Positions 27,944-38,800 of a DNA stretch of 64,000 nucleotides are shown one piece after another. The notes beneath the pieces are model-generated. The model did not search any database and was not told the origin of the DNA. It saw only the letters and a program-made list of their open reading frames with translations. Both the position numbers and the translations under genes were made by a program. Source of the stretch: Amphiscolops sp. MND2022 (taxonomy: Eukaryota); contig OZ076409.1 in assembly GCA_964187785.1 (NCBI GenBank), positions 89,220,001 to 89,284,000 of the forward strand, read 5' to 3'. How positions within the stretch are numbered: the stretch's first letter is position 1; every line of letters starts with the position of its first letter.

Positions 27944-29707
27944 TGTCATGAACATTACGGTGTGTTTTATCACCGTGTTCATTACTGAGGGTAGTTCTGG
28001 TTTTCGCGTTGTACTGAACTTCGGAATAGCTTTCCGGTCTCTCGTGAGATCTCTCCCATCCCCCCTCTAGTCTCCTGTCCTGAACCGGCCATAATGACGT
28101 TTTGAATCTGGGGCAAAACCTGATTATTTATGGCGTCACTTATGGCTCTCTGAATCTGAGAACTAACACTGTCCATCATCACATCCATTTCTCTAGATAT
28201 TCTAGAGTTCAATTCACTCGACAACTTATTGATCTCAGCTTGAGAATCTATACTTGCTGAATTTCGGTCGTACCCGGTACTAGTCCCAACTCCAAGATTT
28301 CTATGATCAGAATGGAGATCCATTTCCTCATTTTCCAAGTTATTACTTATAATACTTTCTTGCCTTCTAATGGAAGTTCCATCGAGACTTTCGTCTCTCC
28401 TCGTATCATTGAAGTGATTTTCACCTAACATTATGTCAAGGTTTTCAATATCAGAGAGAATTTCTAATCCTCTAGATTTCCTTGCTTTCTTTTGCTTCCT
28501 TGTAGTAGGCATTAAGACTGAACCGGGTTGAAGACTTGAATTATCAATTCCGGAAAATTAACAGTGAAACCGTTTGTATTATGAACGTCTTTATCAAATG
28601 GAGAGAAGTACAAAGTATGAGTCTTCTTGCAGGGGTATGGGTATTTATACCTCTGAAAGGCTGACACACACATGTTTTACATACTTTGATCAAGACAAAT
28701 CATAGGGTTTTACAATCATCATAAAGAAATCCCCGACAATTACATATTTCCGGGGGACATTTAAGGGATGGTATTCAGGGTCATCATTTTAAGTAGCAAC
28801 TTCAAACAATTTGTCGGTTAGACATACTTCAAGTGTGATGTAAACAAATACCACAACTTACTTATTTTATTGTGATGTAAAACGAAGGCACGTGCCGGCA
28901 CAAGTTTACTGCAAATAAAGCTGAAAACGGAATGTTTTACTAGTGTGTGGAATCCTAATACTGCATCGATATTCGCGAAAATACACTCACATATCAGAGC
29001 CGGAATAGGCCCAAATCCATAACATGTACCGCGCATATGAAGGACATGGTAAAAGGCCTTAACCGTCCCTTTATCCAAGTCGAAAGTATACAAACATCAA
29101 AACATCACAACCGTATTTATTTAGACTAAAAACATGATTCTAATAGCTCCGCGTAAGTATTGATCCAATTAGGCAACAAAGGTAATATTATGCTTGAATT
29201 GGCCGAAACCGTCCATTTGACTGATGGCCTGATATAAATTAGCACCGCTTAGTCAATTGGCCATATCCGGCCATCAAAAATAAAGCACTAATAATTAGCA
29301 AAAGGAAAGCTCTGATTGGCTAATAATCGTACTGAAAGTTACATCGCCGAGAAGGGACGTTTTCTTACTTGAACACGTTTCCTTCTCGCGATCAACCTGC
29401 TTATTGTACGTTACCGCTTTGATCAATTTCAACACTCTATTTGTGATACAACAAACTTCCTTTTACACATCTCAAATCACAACCTGATTTGGATAGTTCC
29501 AAATCGTACATTTAACAGACTAATATCACGAACAATTAGAACAATTATATAAAATGCACTTGAATAAACAAAAATGAATGTGATTAACAAATAAATATAA
29601 GTTTCAGCAAGGGAAAGTTTAAAACGTGGGTAGGGTGCCCGGGATGATTTCTTGATTTTCCTCCGACGTCGTTATTAATGTGCCATCACAGGCGGCAGCC
29701 TGCGACA
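27944..29707 (-). repeat. 3' LTR of element A (1764 bp)
   Basis: Direct repeat of 42140-43891; plus-strand ends tgtcatg...tgcgaca; contains a gag N-terminus copy (ATG at 28512). Confidence 0.95.
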
Positions 29708-30383
29708 CTGCGGGTGTTATGAAGAGGAATGCCCCGGCGTTGAGACCGTTCTCGTATGCTTCTCTTCTGATTTTCGTGATATACTCAGGCTCTCCTCGTG
29801 GCTTGGACCTTGCAACATACCATTCTATTTTCTCTTTCTTTATTGCTTCTGAGGATCTGCCACACACCATACACCCAGAATACAGTTTATTGCTCACGTC
29901 CTCGTACGGCCTTGTGTTCTGTACATGGAACGACGCGTGCATCAAGGGGGTGTCCAAACTTGGCCCTCTCTCATAGTTAGGTGGTGACATAGGCGACTCT
30001 GGCACTGGTAATAGAGTCTTGCAAATCTCTAATCTTGACTTTCCCAACTTCTTTGGGGGAGCATAACACATCTCCTGGTCAAAGTACTTGTGGTCAAATT
30101 TCGGAGTCACGTCTGTTCGCATCTGGGAAGAATTGGGGCCAGCTTCTGGTTCGTCTCCTGAAGGTTCCTCCATAGTCATTATACGGCCCCCAGTTAGCAT
30201 GGGGCTGGAGGTGACTTCCCTTTCGATTCTTGCAATAAGCTGCTCCGTGTCTGTGGAGCAGTCAGTTTCCCAGTCTGATGACTCTTCCTCACCGCTGGAA
30301 ATGTATATTACAGATCTTTCAGAATTATCTGAGTCGTATTCCTCCAGATCGAACAATTTTCTAGCTAAGTTGTACTTGCTCAT
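29619..30383 (-). CDS. Sense-strand accessory ORF of element A, 254 aa, acidic, unknown function; terminates inside the 3' LTR
   Basis: Uninterrupted ATG ORF; motifs ARKLF, VIYISSGEEE, CMVC; last ~29 codons overlap the LTR. Confidence 0.7.
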   Translation of the reverse strand: MSKYNLARKLFDLEEYDSDNSERSVIYISSGEEESSDWETDCSTDTEQLIARIEREVTSSPMLTGGRIMTMEEPSGDEPEAGPNSSQMRTDVTPKFDHKYFDQEMCYAPPKKLGKSRLEICKTLLPVPESPMSPPNYERGPSLDTPLMHASFHVQNTRPYEDVSNKLYSGCMVCGRSSEAIKKEKIEWYVARSKPRGEPEYITKIRREAYENGLNAGAFLFITPAVSQAAACDGTLITTSEENQEIIPGTLPTF

Positions 30384-30399
30384 GATTATCTTTTTTGCT

Positions 30400-31284
30400 A
30401 TTTTTGAAGCTATTCGTAGTTACTGTATTGAAGAGAAGTTTGTAGTAGAATGAATTTGTCAGTTTTAATAATTTAGCCGAATCAGGCCTTTTCCCGAACT
30501 TTCCAGTTCGGCGGGAGAACCTTAGGTTAATCGTCCCGATCCATCGTAAACTTTTCTGAATAGAATTCCATGATTAGTCGGCTCCCTTTGATAACCTGAA
30601 GTTTACCCCTCATCAGTGTCATCACTAGAAGAGGTGTGAATGACGCTCGACTTATGAATATCAACTACACCCGTCTCAAGTGGGTAATTAACGGGCCGCT
30701 TGTAAGCAATTAGCGGCACGCGTCACCGAAATTTCTCGTAATGGCTTCAGCCAATCAGCGTTAAGCTTCGATAAATTGTAAAAATAAATAATAAAAATGG
30801 CGAAAATAATAAATCCAAATAATTCAAGATGGCGGAAATCCTAACTAAAGGGTAACTAAGGCAACTGAACGAAACGGCGAAATGAAACAGGGTAAACGGC
30901 CGTAACTGGCCTCTAACTAAATAAGCTGTGAATAACAAAGTTCTTTGTACTTTTCGCTGGCAGACTCCATGTACATTTTAAATATGTAAATAGTCAAATA
31001 ATATTAGTCTGGTAATTTCTCTTCAGCCACGAACTCCAACTTTTCACCTCCTTGATTATTAACATATTCCAATTCCTTTTACTCTCGTGGTTGTTATATT
31101 TGTATTATCCATCCGTCCGAGTCTTCGACAACGATATACGATCGCTCCTGCTTTCACTTCCATCAGTGGCCAGCTTCCGTCGAATCTTCTCCAACTTCCT
31201 CTCAACTTTAGCCGAGTTCGACCAACTTCCCACGCTTCTATCATCCCGCGTTGGACTGTTGCCGTACAGACATCACCACAAAAC
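30400..31284. promoter_or_regulatory. Putative internal bidirectional promoter between the two accessory genes
   Basis: Non-coding gap between head-to-head ORFs; CCAAT box (agccaatcag ~30750) and YY1-type caagatggcgg (~30825) and aaaatggcg (~30794). Function is inferred. Confidence 0.45.
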
Positions 31285-34200
31285 ATGTCTTCTAATCCAG
31301 GTTGGTCTGATTTCCTCATTTTTTGAACAAGTTTGGCTTGATCAGGGCCAAACGTCGTTCACATAACGCTTCCTGTTTCCAACAATTAAACACGTGAAAG
31401 CACGCTTCATTCAATTTTCAAATCACTTCCGGAAGATTTCTAACGCGGTAAAATGGATTCTTTTCAAGGAAGCATACCGCTCAATTTTATCTCTTTCTAT
31501 TTAGATAATCAGACTTCTGAAACTGGGACTACATCAAACCCCTCTGGATTACTTCAGACGGTTCTTGAAGAAGGTGTTGTTCCGAGTGCAACAAGCGTCA
31601 TCAGACCTGTGACCTCCCCTCCAAGCGTTGAAAGTGAGGATGTAAACATCTATGCAGAGGCCAAGGTGCGCGAAATGGAGGCTGGAAGACCTCAGCCACG
31701 AGAACAACCAACTTCTATGGATTCTACCATGGCTACGCCCAGTACTGAAACCCTAACTGGAGACCAAGCTCCTCTGTCTTTAGTCCCAGTCCGGTCCAGC
31801 ACTCCAATACCGATTGATGCAGCAGGAGCATCACAAGGTAGCCTAAATGCTTTGGAGTCAGGGTTAAGGGTTGTCACTAATCCCGAATCCCAGTTACCTG
31901 AGCTTCTTCCTGCCGTCCAAGCTGAGGCTGCCGTTTTGACGAACAGAGAGTTGGTTGACGATGAAGATTATGAGTCTTCCATATATGAGGCTCCCATGTT
32001 GCCTACACACGAGCACAAGGTGCGATTCCTGGCCGATTTCAGTGAGGGAGAGAAGACAACCGAGGAGACAAGCAGTGGCGGTTGCCCTTCTTTATACGGA
32101 GGTATCCCTGGGATGTCCGAATCCGGAACTGAGACTAGTGGCCAACCTGATGTAACCACCTCCAGTCAGCGACAACAGCCTGAGATGGTTGCATCCACCT
32201 CTCGAGGTCTCGATCCACAGCTCCCTGAACTTTCTGGTCGAGCACGGGCTATTTTGAAAACATATTTCGATGAGACAAATGCCTTCCGGATCCCACCAGG
32301 ACAAACAGCAGTTACCTTCACGGAGTCCCAAGTGTACCATCTATTGCGTGTCTTGACCGATGAAACACTCCGAATGTCTCATAGCACAATGGAACGGATG
32401 ATTTTGGACGCTGTCCGAGGTAGGCCAACGATTGCTCCCTCGCGAACCAGCCATTTTAATTCACGAGCGCAGACTCCTTTTAGGTGTGTAGACAGTGAAT
32501 CGAGTGACGCCGGAACAGGCGATTCGCCTTTCATCGACTCAGAGGACCAGACCAACACGGACTATGGAGGTTTAGGCGACTCCTCCTCGTTTGGAGAATG
32601 TGATAGCGCTGGTGAAATGGCCTTAATTTCCGCCACCTTCAAGGCTCCAGTCCAAATCGTTTCGACCACCGCGCAATCTGGTCTCTTACAACAGGGCAGT
32701 CAAGAGACTGATCGGAGTAGCCAGGATATAACCTTGTCTGAGGTGAAGGAACAGACACTAAAGATCAAAAGTAAACCCCAGCCCAAGAAGGCGCCAAAAG
32801 TCAAGAGACAGTCCCAACGGGGGGTCCCAATGCGAGAGGAGTTCTTCGCTAAAATTGGATGGACTCGGTCTTTCATTTCGGGCCCGGCAGATCCCATTCA
32901 CAATCCATATATGGTCTGGTGCCATATCTGCAAGAAGAACTTTTCCATTCGGAGTAAAGGGACAATGGAAATTCTCAGGCACCACCGGACTGAAAGACAT
33001 CTTAGACGAGACCAGAGGTGGCGGTACGAACATTTGAAAAGTACCGATCCCGTCACTCTCAAAACTCAACACCGCGTCCGGGGCAGGAATGGAAAGATCT
33101 TGAGCAAGATGGAGCTAGCTAAGGAACTCCCCAAGTTCATGAACGTGGAGTTGGTAGACATCGGGGAACGTTTCCCTTTTTACGAGGATTTCGTCCGGGG
33201 TAGGACTACCCCTTTGATAACTCCCGAGTCTCGCGCACGGACCCAGCTGAGCATGGTGGCTGATTTCATCCAGAGTCATGGAGATATTGCAATCCTCCGA
33301 AGTATGTGGGCTAAAATCAGTTCATTCACCGACCACCAAGCTTCCCTCTGTGACTTTGACTGGGGAGGAGATAGAATGACTGTAAGTATCTTTTGCTTTC
33401 CTCTTCCTCGAGTTTATCTCCCTTCTCTAAGTGGTTATGCTCTTGGTTTTTCCTCTAGGCCATATTCCAACATCTCTTCAACTGTGCTATGAGCGACATT
33501 GCTGATCAGATTTCTACCCTGCAGTGCTTTGCTTTGGAATTCGAGAACCAGGGACCTAACCGTTTCATGTCGGTGAGATTCTGGAAAGGCCAGTACCTAT
33601 GTAAAGTCATCGTCTGTCGCAGTGGTCTACCCACCACTAATCTCACTGGGGAACTGGGCTCCTTGGCGCGCCTGTTATCGTCCATATCTACAAAAGCAGA
33701 TATAGTGGCTTGTTCTGGATGCCCGTCTGAGCTAATCCGGACCATTGACGAGGTCCCTACTGCCGTACGAGCTGTCCAGAGTTGCTTCAGGTTCTCTCAG
33801 CTCAATTTGTCGAAACTAATGCACAAAAGCAGCTACAGTGTCTTCGGGCACATAGACTTCTTTTCGGTACTCCGTGGCCTGGTCATTTCCTTGGATGGAT
33901 CAGCAAATGAGGACTGGGTACAGCGTAGCCCTGTTCTAGCTAAAGTAAGTAATTACCATTGTCTAGGTATCTGGCGGGTTTATATCAATCAAAGTTTTCA
34001 AGCCTTGTCATTTGATCGTTCCGTGTTTCTTTTAGGCGATTTCTAAGAGTGATCTGGAGCTCTCCACGCTGCCTATCTTGTGTCAGGAATTAATGGACGA
34101 GTGGAAGTCTGTGGTTTCCTTCCTCACTTTGCACTCTGCCAAGCAACAGGGCCAGGGAGTCAGGACAAGAGTAAGTAATCCCATCTCGGTCCAGTTCCTT

Positions 34201-35564
34201 TTGTCAAAAAAGGGAAAATACCATAGATCCATTAATACTCCTATTTGTTCCAGGTCCAAAGTTTTGAGTGGTCGCTCATCTGCGATGAGTTTTTCCCCGT
34301 GAAGCTCGAATTCTTCTATCACCTCATCAGTGATTGTTAGTATATTAGGATAAGCCAGGTTATTCCTTTCGAACTGATATGCATTAATGCCCTGTGTTTA
34401 GATAACTCTAGCTTCACCACTAACTTGCAGAAGAGGAGAGATTCGTCCTTCTATCTTTGCGGGGAAGTCGCCCGTTATATCTACAAACTCTGCTTTCGTT
34501 GTTACACTTCGGATACCATCCCCCTTGAAAATTCATGGTTTCTACTTCTGAATTTCCAAACTAGCGAAGGGACATTTTTACCAGCTGACGAATTCCTCAC
34601 TAGGCTGAATATGAAAAACAAGGTCACCAAGGCCAGTAAACAGAGATCCGAGGGCGTGCTTACTGGTAAGAAGGCTGACAAAAGCACTGTCCAGAAGACT
34701 GCTGTGTCCGTCAAAAATGACTTTGTCCAAGACTGCCAGAGTTATCTTCAATTCCTGATTGTGGGTATCCTTCGCCAAGCTGGTCTCTGCTCCAATCTTA
34801 TCAGGGGTCTTGCCGCTTTCGATCCATGCATAATGGTGAAACGGCCCACCGAGGTGGCTCTTCGTCACTTCGACCTGTTATACCGGACCTTCCAGCTGAG
34901 GTCTTGGGTCAGCTCTGCTAATGAATCAGCCTGCCGAGACGAATATGTGGAGCTATTGGACCAACTTAAAGCTTCTTCTTTGCCCTCATTTGACGTCAGT
35001 CAGGGGTCCCCAGACCTCATCGACTTCCTTGTTAACCTTGACTTCATGCAAGAGCATAGCCACCTAATGTACTTGTTCAAACTGAGCTGTTTGTGCATTA
35101 CCTCTGAGAGCCCTCAATACCCTGCTGTGAGTATCGGACCTATTAGTACTTCGAATTGCCAAAGTCGGCTCGTGGACGTGGTTTTGCCTGCCCAGAGTTA
35201 TCTGTCTGGGGTTCCAGATTCCACTGCCTTCTGTACTAATGACTCCAGTTTGGCCAAGTTCTCTCTTCTTTCTGCTTCTTTCAGTCAGTCTGCCTCATCT
35301 GCTTCATATGATCCTTGGACTTTTGTTGACGACTTTGGTAGGAACAAGATCTACAAGACACTGGTTGCTTCATATCGTTCTGCCCTCTCTGGGGTGGGTG
35401 AAAGGACTGGGAGTCTTGATGACACAGGGTCCTACAGTGTCGGGGAAATGCCTGTAGTCGCGCCTCCCAGTGACCGTAAACGGAGACGAATGGAAAAAAG
35501 TAGTTCGAGGTCTAGGGCTTCCTCTGTCGTAGAAGAATCTCCTGTTGGCACTTCTAAAGATTAA
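31285..35564 (+). CDS. Antisense spliced accessory gene inside element A, ~1252 aa: disordered S/T/E/P-rich N-half, BED-like Zn finger, degenerate hAT-transposase-like C-half; exons 31285-31300, 31505-33381, 33459-33944, 34036-34170, 34254-34335, 34402-35564
   Basis: Five GT-AG introns (donors gttggt, gtaagt x3, gttagt; pyrimidine-rich acceptors) join the ORF fragments into one 3759-nt frame with no stop. Zn finger WCHICKKNFSIRSKGTMEILRHHRTERH; C-terminal RKRRR. Exon 1 is the least certain. Confidence 0.82.
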
Positions 35565-35807
35565 ATATACATATGTATTTATGTACTTTCGAACTGTAAT
35601 TTTGTTGATTTTCTGTTTTGTTGCCTTTATTTATATACATTTCTTTCTTTTGATTTCTTGATCCCGGGTTATTTCCTTTGTGAGGGATCTTTCATACGTC
35701 CCATTATTTATTCAAAAGATACTGCTGTATGGGACTGATACAAAAGAAAATAAAAGAGAAAAAGAAGAACAGTTCAGGGCTAATTCCTGAACCGAATTTA
35801 ATTTTCT

Positions 35808-38800
35808 CTAGTATCTGTAGTCTTCTGAGTAGTTTGGGTTGGGGTTAGGTCTGAGATTATATTTCCCTCCTCTAGGGCTCAGATTTTCATTTCTAGCATC
35901 GCTTTCAGATATTTCGGGCACGATAATATCATCCCCCCTTTTTGGAGAATTCTGTGCGTCGTTTTCATTCGTCAAATTTCTTTCTGAGGGAATTTCATCA
36001 TTTTTTGGTTTTTCATCCGTATTCGGCAAAGTTTTTTCTTGATTTTTCGGGTGAACGGCCGGATTCGGCCAATCAGATTTGTCATTGCTAGCCGCTTCAC
36101 TAGCTTCATTCCTTTTTGTGACGTAATTGATTTAATCTTTCATTCCGGCTCCGCGCCGCGTGGTCAGCGTAACTTGTTTCGTCACTCGTGATTATGTAAT
36201 CCGCTTCGTTCTCGGTTACGTCATTTGTATTCGCTTCTGGCGCATTCGGCTGTTCGCCATTCGGCATGCTGGTCGGAATAGTCTCGTTGCCTCGTGTAAC
36301 AAGTTGCTCGCCAAAGTCGGTTTCCCACGTTATGACGTATAAATCATCTTGCGGAATGACAATTTCTTCATCTGGCTGCAACTGTTGTTCTCGGAAATTA
36401 TCCTCAAGCGGTTGATTGGGGACAAACTTCTTAAGACGAATGCGATGCAAAATTTGAGTTTTGTTCGTATTGATCCGTCGTACTATATAGTTTTCATTTG
36501 GCAAAACTTTTTGGACTACAAATGGTCCAACCCAACGGTAATCGCGGAATGGAATTTTTGATCCTTGATTGTCCGCTTTCGGCTGTAAGACAAAACAGTA
36601 TTCGTTCTCCCTTAGTGGAGCGGCTTTTGCTTTGCGGTCGTAATATTCTTTGTACTTGATTTACGACTGCATAATGTTCTGCTTCGTTTTGTCAATCAGG
36701 ATTTTTGTCCGGTTTTGGATTTCTTCAGCAAATTCGGTTGTGGGGTTAATTTGCTCGTTTGGATTATTTCCAAGCTTGTGATCCAAAATATTAAATGGAA
36801 TTCTTCCATGAAATATTCTCGTTGGCTCACAACCGATGCTGGCGTGATAACTAGTATTATGATTCAGTACTGCTAATGGCAAGTATTTGTGCCATTGTCG
36901 GCGATATTCTCCACATGCCATTTTGAGATTTGTTTTCAATGAGGCATGAGTACGCTCCAATTTCCCAATTGTCTGCGGGTGTTTCGTCGTTGCACATTTG
37001 AGTGTGATGCCCAAAATCTGCGTAACCTCCGCAATAATTGTAGAAGTAAATGCAGTACCTTTATCAGTGATAAGGGTCGTTGGTAGATATGAGTGTTTAG
37101 TCATAATGTCAATGAGCGCTTTTGCTACATTGATCGCTGATGCGTCCGTAAGGGGATAGGCGAACAAATATCTGGAGAATACATCAATTGCCGTTAGGAC
37201 ATTTTCATATCCTCCACTTGGGGGAAGGTTCGGCAATAGGTCGATTTGCATGGCGTCTTCAGGTCCAAGGTCCCATTCGGGCAAGTTGAGCAGTTCAGGT
37301 GTGATCGTTGCGTTAGGGACTCTTTTGTCTCTGGCACATTGTTCGCACCCTTCTACCCACTTTTTGACGTGTTTAGCCATGCTAGGGTAGTAATACCTCT
37401 GTCTAATTTCCTGCAACATTTTTGAAATCCCAGGGTATTTATGCGCTGTCCCGTGAAGAGACTGAAGTAATTCCTGGAGTAAATGTTGCGGGAGCAGAAT
37501 TTGATGGTATTTAACGTTCCCTGTTTCATCAAAGTATTGCCTTGTCAGGATTTCGTCCTTAAGCACAATTCGTTCCAGGTTGTTTGCGTAATGTCTGTAT
37601 CGGGCATCCTGGTGCAGTAGATTTTCTGAATAATCCTCATGAAGCAGTTTTGCTTTCAATTGTTGTAGTACCGCATCTTTGGATTGCTCGATATTGATCT
37701 GGTTTGTCTTCCTCAATCGGGCTTGTATATCGGGGTGTTGCTTGACTAGATTTGTTGACAGAGTTTGTATAGTAACAGTGGGCTCATCAGTTGTTGGATT
37801 TTTCCTGATTGCTTCTTTTCTTGCCAACAACTGGTCTTCTGTCTCATCGTCGTCATTGGTGTAGAAGATTTGTTCCTCTTGTGACACCCCTGCAGATTGG
37901 ACATTGATTTCAATTGGTAGTGTTTGTACATCTTCACGAATTTTCATCACCAATTTGTCCTTCGGGTCTGCTTCCAGTCGGGACAAATAGTCGGCAGCTG
38001 TATTTTGTGCCCCTGGGATGTGTGCTATGACAAAATTGAACTGAATGACATAATCACACGCGTTCCACAGGGCTGGGGGTATTATTTTTGTTTGAAAAAA
38101 TCTCGTGACAGCTTTGTTGTCTGTAAGGATGATGACCGGTTTCGGCGCACCCCAGAAGATATGTCCGAATTCTTCGAATGCAAAATAAATTGCAAGGAAT
38201 TCCTTGGCATAAATTGACATTTTGATCTGTGCTGGGGTGAAAGTTTTTGATCCATATGCGACTGGTGCATACGATTTTCTGAGCGACGTAAATTTCTGGC
38301 TTGGGTCGTCTTCGATTAGGACCGCGTACCCGGCTGCACCAAAGCTTGCGTCAGTCATTAGTGCTATTTGCTTGTTTGGAATGGGTTGCTGTAGGGCCAA
38401 GTCGCAACATTTGTCTAGTGCTTTATTGATTTGTTCGAATTGTTGGACTAATTCTTTCGATACTAGGACCTTTTCGTCACTTTTGAGCATCTTGTAGAAT
38501 GGAGCAAGGCGTTCGGAGAGTCTTGGGACATAATTCCTGTAGTAGTTTAGGAATCCCAAATATCGTTGTAGAGCCTTTTTCGACTTCGGGAATTTGGTCT
38601 TTTCCAGAAAGTTTTGCACGTTCTGTTTCTGGGGTTTGACGCATTGTGGGGTAATTGTTCGTCCGAGAAAATCAATTTCTTTTGCACCGAAGTGACATTT
38701 GTGCATTGTTAACTTAAGGCCTGCTTCCTGAATGCATTTGAACGTAGCTCTCAGGTTCGTCATGAGGTGGTCAACATCATTAGCTGCGATGCCGATATCG

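Noticed and set aside
27944..29707. Segmental duplication or assembly artefact, or a second truncated element, explaining the extra gag copy
   Set aside because: TG..CA ends, TSD, adjacent PBS and sequence differences show the repeats are LTRs of a single element.
34338..34340. Premature TAG in the antisense gene
   Set aside because: It lies within the gttagt donor of intron 34336-34401, which restores the frame.
29619..35564. env gene
   Set aside because: No signal peptide, furin site plus fusion peptide, or transmembrane anchor seen; the large gene is antisense and appears nuclear.
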